The translations under genes were made by a program, and so were the position numbers. A model generated the notes under the pieces. It searched no databases. It worked only from the letters and a program-made list of their open reading frames with translations, and was not told the DNA's origin. Below are positions 40,924-44,578 of a stretch of DNA of 44,578 bases, one piece after another. The DNA is from Candidatus Moraniibacteriota bacterium (GTDB lineage Bacteria; Patescibacteriota; Minisyncoccia; Moranbacterales; UBA1568), in the NCBI GenBank assembly GCA_049289395.1, contig JBATLQ010000015.1, positions 1-44,578 on the forward strand, given 5' to 3'. Positions within the stretch are counted from its first letter, which is position 1. Every line of letters begins with the position of its first letter.

Positions 40924-43900
40924 ATGGATCAGAGTATTACCAAAGTAAGCGACTTCGAATCGGTGCGGCTGACGCTGGCTGGTCCGGAGCGCATTCTCGA
41001 GTGGTCATTCGGCGAAATAACGAAGCCGGAGACTATCAACTATCGAACCCAACGGTACGAACCGGAAGGTCTTTTCTGCGAGAAGATTTTCGGTCCGGCC
41101 AAGGACTGGGAATGTTATTGTGGCAAATATAAGCGCATCCGGTACAAGGGAATCGTGTGTGATAAGTGTGGGGTGGAAGTGACACGATCCGTCGTCCGTC
41201 GTGAGCGCATGGGGCATATCAAGCTCGCCGCACCGGTTTCGCATATCTGGTTCCTTCGTGGAGTCCCATCGAAGATCGGTCTCGTGCTCGGGATTTCTCC
41301 GCAGGAATTGGAGCGCGTGATTTATTTTTCCTCGTACATCATTACCGATGTGAACGAGAAGTTGAAGGAATCATCCGTCGATCAGCTGGAAAAAGAATAT
41401 AAGTCGAAGCAGAAAGAACTCCGTCAGCAGTATCAGGATACGAAGGAATTCGAGAAAGCGCTCGAAGAATTGAAGGAACAGTATCGCGATACGAAGGACG
41501 ATTTGAAGAGTCTCTTTCCACACCAGATCCTCTCCGAAGTGGCGTACTTTAATCTGTCTACTCGTTTCGGACAGGTCTTTACGGCAGGCATCGGAGCGGA
41601 AGCTGTTCGCAAGATTTTGGAGAAAGTTAATATCGGGGACAAAATCGAACAATTGAAAGTCGAACTCAGTAATATCGGCGAAGGATTGGATCGGAAGAAG
41701 ACACTCCAGCGGTTGAAGGTCCTCCAGGGTTTCGAGAAATCCGAATTGAAACTCGAATGGATGTTGCCGACCGTGATCCCCGTGATACCACCGGACCTCC
41801 GTCCGATGGTCGCTCTCGATGGGGGACGATTCGCGACTTCTGATCTGAATGATCTCTATCGTCGTATTATCAATCGTAACAATCGCTTGCGGAAACTCCT
41901 CTCGATCGGTGCGCCAGAAGTCATCACGAGAAATGAGAAGAGAATGCTCCAGGAAGCCGTTGACGCGCTCTTTGACAACAGCGCGCGTCGTGGTCAGGCA
42001 TCGACGGCCGCCGCGACCGGACAACGGCGTGCCCTCCGCTCGCTCGCGGATTCATTGAAGGGGAAGCAGGGTCGTTTCCGTCAGAATCTCCTCGGGAAAC
42101 GAGTGGACTACTCAGGGCGATCGGTGATCGTCGTCGGACCAAGTTTGAAACTGCATCAGTGTGGACTTCCGAAGAAAATGGCGCTCGAACTCTTCAAACC
42201 ATTCATCATCCAGAAATTGATCGAGAAAGAGATGGCACACAATGTGCGCACCGCTGGTCGTATGGTGGATGCGGATGCGGAGGAAGCGTATGAAATCCTC
42301 GATGAGATCATCGAGCACCACTTCGTTCTCCTCAATCGCGCGCCGACTCTGCACCGTCTCTCGATCCAGGCATTTCAGCCGGTACTCATCGAAGGGAAGG
42401 CGATTCGCCTCCATCCGATGGTGTGTGCTGCGTTCAATGCGGACTTCGATGGAGACCAGATGGCGGTACATGTGCCACTGACCGATCAGGCGAGGAAAGA
42501 GAGCGCGGAGATCATGCTCTCTTCGAAGAATCTCTTGAAGCCCGCTTCGGGTGAACCGATCGTGACGGCGACGCTCGATATGGTGCTCGGCGGATACTAT
42601 CTCTCGCATTTGAAGTCGGATATGCCAGGCGAAGGGAAATCCTTCGGAACCATGGATGAGGCGATCCTCGCGTATCAAAACGGACTCATCGCGGTTAATG
42701 CGAAGGTGAAACTCCTCTGGAAGGGCGAGATGATCGAGACTTCGGTCGGACGCATTCTCCTCAATGACATCATTCCGGAGAGTATGCGTTTCGTGAATAC
42801 GGAAATGACGAAGAAAGACTGGAAATTCCTCATCGCGAAAATGATCGAAGAATTGGGTGGTGATGAGACGGCGAAATTCGCGGATCGTCTGAAAGATCTC
42901 ACCTTCCGTGCGGTATCGAAGTCCGGTATCAGCTGGGGGATGGATGACCTGAAGGTACCCGTCGAGAAGAAGGCCATTATGGCGACGGCTGAGGTATCCG
43001 TCCTCGAAGTGAAGGAACAATTTCAAAATGGACTCCTCACGAATGAGGAACGACGGAATCGTGTTATCGAAATTTGGAATGAAGCGAAGAATAGGATTAC
43101 TGATGCCGTCCGTGCGTCGCTTGACAAGGAAGGACCGGTGTATTCGATGGTGTACTCCAAAGCTCGTGGATCTGAATCCGTCGTCGTGCAGATGACCGGT
43201 ATGAAAGGACTCGTGGCGGGTGCGACCGGTGAGACGATCGAGCTCCCGATTCGCTCCTCGTTCAAAGAAGGATTCAATGTGCTCGAGTATTTCATCTCGA
43301 ACCATGGTGCTCGCAAGGGAAATGCCGATACCGCGCTTCGTACCGCGACGGCCGGATACCTGACACGACGGCTCGTCGATGTGGCGCAGGATATCATCGT
43401 GCGTGAAGCGGATTGCAAGGATACCGAGGGAGCCTATCTCTATCGGGAGGATTCCGATTCCGTTGGTATCTCATTCGCTTCTCGTATGGAGGGGCGTGTC
43501 GCGGTGGAAGATGTCGTCCTTGGCGGTGAGACCGTGATCAAAACGGGCGACCTCATCACCCGTGTACAAGCGAAGCAGGGTGAAGTGGCGGGGCTCGCGA
43601 AGATCAAGGTGCGTACGCTGGTTACTTGCAAGAATCGCCGTGGAGTGTGTCAGACTTGTTATGGTGTCGATCTCGGTCGTGGCGGCATCGTCGCCCTCGG
43701 GACGGCAGTCGGTGTCGTCGCGGCACAGGCAATCGGCGAGCCTGGGACTCAGCTCACCATGCGTACTTTCCATTCCGGAGGTATCGCGGGTTCCGACATT
43801 ACACAGGGACTTCCTCGTGTCGAAGAAATTTTCGAAGCTCGGACACCGAAGGGTGAGGCCCTCATGGCGGAAGCCGATGGAACCGTGACGAAAATTGAGA

Positions 43901-44511
43901 AGGATCATGAGAAGAAAGTGAATACGATCTTCATCGAGACGGAGGACAAGCGCACACTCGAATACGCGATACCGGGGAATATCGGTATCAAGGTGAAAGT
44001 GGGCGACCTCGTCGGCAATGGTACCGCGCTCTCCGAAGGTCATATCGATCTGAAGAAACTGTACGCCGCGCTCGATCGTGAAGCACTGCACCGCTACATC
44101 ATCCGTGAAATCGAAGAGATCTATGCATCACAGGGTGAGGGTATCAATGACAAACATATCGAAGTGATTATTCGTCAGATGCTCTCTCGTATCCAGGTGC
44201 TCGACCCAGGAGATACGGAACTCCTCCCGGGTGATGTCGTGGAACGCGCCCAGTTCGAAGAGGCGAACGATGTCGCCAGGAAAGCGAAGGGTGCGCTCGC
44301 TGTGGGTGAGCCGACCGTCCTCGGTATTACCAAGGTCGCTCTCTCGACGGAATCCTTCCTCTCCGCTGCGTCCTTTATGGAGACCGCTCGCGTCCTCATC
44401 AATGCCGCGGTTGCTGGCAAGGAGGACAAGCTCCGTGGGCTGAAGGAAAATGTGATCATCGGTCGGCTCATCCCCGCCGGTACCGGTTTCCGCGACCTCT
44501 CGAAGAAGTAA
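40924..44511 (+). CDS. rpoC: DNA-directed RNA polymerase subunit beta'
   Basis: 1195 aa. Zn motif CYCGKYKRIRYKGIVCDKCG, catalytic NADFDGDQMAVH, and the C-terminal GLKENVIIGRLIPAGTG. Confidence 0.95.
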   Translation: MDQSITKVSDFESVRLTLAGPERILEWSFGEITKPETINYRTQRYEPEGLFCEKIFGPAKDWECYCGKYKRIRYKGIVCDKCGVEVTRSVVRRERMGHIKLAAPVSHIWFLRGVPSKIGLVLGISPQELERVIYFSSYIITDVNEKLKESSVDQLEKEYKSKQKELRQQYQDTKEFEKALEELKEQYRDTKDDLKSLFPHQILSEVAYFNLSTRFGQVFTAGIGAEAVRKILEKVNIGDKIEQLKVELSNIGEGLDRKKTLQRLKVLQGFEKSELKLEWMLPTVIPVIPPDLRPMVALDGGRFATSDLNDLYRRIINRNNRLRKLLSIGAPEVITRNEKRMLQEAVDALFDNSARRGQASTAAATGQRRALRSLADSLKGKQGRFRQNLLGKRVDYSGRSVIVVGPSLKLHQCGLPKKMALELFKPFIIQKLIEKEMAHNVRTAGRMVDADAEEAYEILDEIIEHHFVLLNRAPTLHRLSIQAFQPVLIEGKAIRLHPMVCAAFNADFDGDQMAVHVPLTDQARKESAEIMLSSKNLLKPASGEPIVTATLDMVLGGYYLSHLKSDMPGEGKSFGTMDEAILAYQNGLIAVNAKVKLLWKGEMIETSVGRILLNDIIPESMRFVNTEMTKKDWKFLIAKMIEELGGDETAKFADRLKDLTFRAVSKSGISWGMDDLKVPVEKKAIMATAEVSVLEVKEQFQNGLLTNEERRNRVIEIWNEAKNRITDAVRASLDKEGPVYSMVYSKARGSESVVVQMTGMKGLVAGATGETIELPIRSSFKEGFNVLEYFISNHGARKGNADTALRTATAGYLTRRLVDVAQDIIVREADCKDTEGAYLYREDSDSVGISFASRMEGRVAVEDVVLGGETVIKTGDLITRVQAKQGEVAGLAKIKVRTLVTCKNRRGVCQTCYGVDLGRGGIVALGTAVGVVAAQAIGEPGTQLTMRTFHSGGIAGSDITQGLPRVEEIFEARTPKGEALMAEADGTVTKIEKDHEKKVNTIFIETEDKRTLEYAIPGNIGIKVKVGDLVGNGTALSEGHIDLKKLYAALDREALHRYIIREIEEIYASQGEGINDKHIEVIIRQMLSRIQVLDPGDTELLPGDVVERAQFEEANDVARKAKGALAVGEPTVLGITKVALSTESFLSAASFMETARVLINAAVAGKEDKLRGLKENVIIGRLIPAGTGFRDLSKK

Positions 44512-44527
44512 GGCAGAGAAAGTATCA

Positions 44528-44578
44528 ACGGTCATTCCCTGCCTACCGGCAGGCAGGCGCTTTTGGAGGGGTGCGACC
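44528..44578 (+). repeat. variant of the hairpin repeat, 16 nt after the rpoC stop and cut by the window end
   Basis: ACGGTCATTCC ... GCGCTTTTGGAGGGGTGCGACC. The outer arms match the canonical copies; the insert is related to 28717-28770. Confidence 0.55.

Noticed and set aside
40899-40926. Promoter-like similarity before rpoC (AAAATATCTATTAGAGTATGG versus AAAATATAGTTATTAGAGTATAC at 34505-34527)
   Set aside because: The would-be -10 hexamer would contain the rpoC start codon itself, so it cannot drive rpoC. Likely chance similarity or a remnant.
42112-43305. 397-aa minus-strand ORF
   Set aside because: It is antisense to rpoC. Shadow ORF.

Overview
This is a 44.6-kb chromosomal segment, coded almost entirely on the + strand. 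Standard genetic code fits: TGA acts as a stop, and rpoB, rpoC, typA and cysS have no in-frame stops. The gene content suggests a small-genome uncultivated bacterium (CPR/Patescibacteria-like); that is inference only. Housekeeping anchors are rpoB-rpoC (37377-44511), typA/bipA (26801-28588) and cysS (24652-26004). Envelope and transport genes include a type IIIA-like P-type ATPase, a P1B ATPase with a TPCP motif, two MacB/FtsX-type ABC pairs and CbiM plus a PDGLE protein. There is also an extracytoplasmic methionine-sulfoxide repair operon (Met-rich thioredoxin, DipZ-like CcdA-Trx fusion, anchored MsrA-MsrB). Other genes encode LysM-CHAP and Amidase_2 wall hydrolases, a Xer-type recombinase, an AAA/DUF4143 ATPase, and one 2698-aa membrane-anchored protein with 24 Kelch-like blades plus FN3 domains, apparently co-transcribed with an ABC pair. 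The most unusual layer is non-coding. (1) Two 162-bp foldback elements, 155/162 identical and in inverted orientation, bracket a 1.7-kb three-gene cassette (cbiM, PDGLE, a 22-residue-repeat protein). (2) A hairpin repeat family sits just after the stop codons of five + strand genes, and one further copy is translated in-frame inside the amidase gene. (3) A 55-nt conserved core occurs twice, each time closed by a 16-bp helix whose sequence differs between the copies. (4) A complete promoter-hairpin-58-aa ORF-terminator unit lies below the ORF-track size cutoff. No rRNA, tRNA, CRISPR array or transposase gene was recognised. All coordinates of small elements come from hand alignment.
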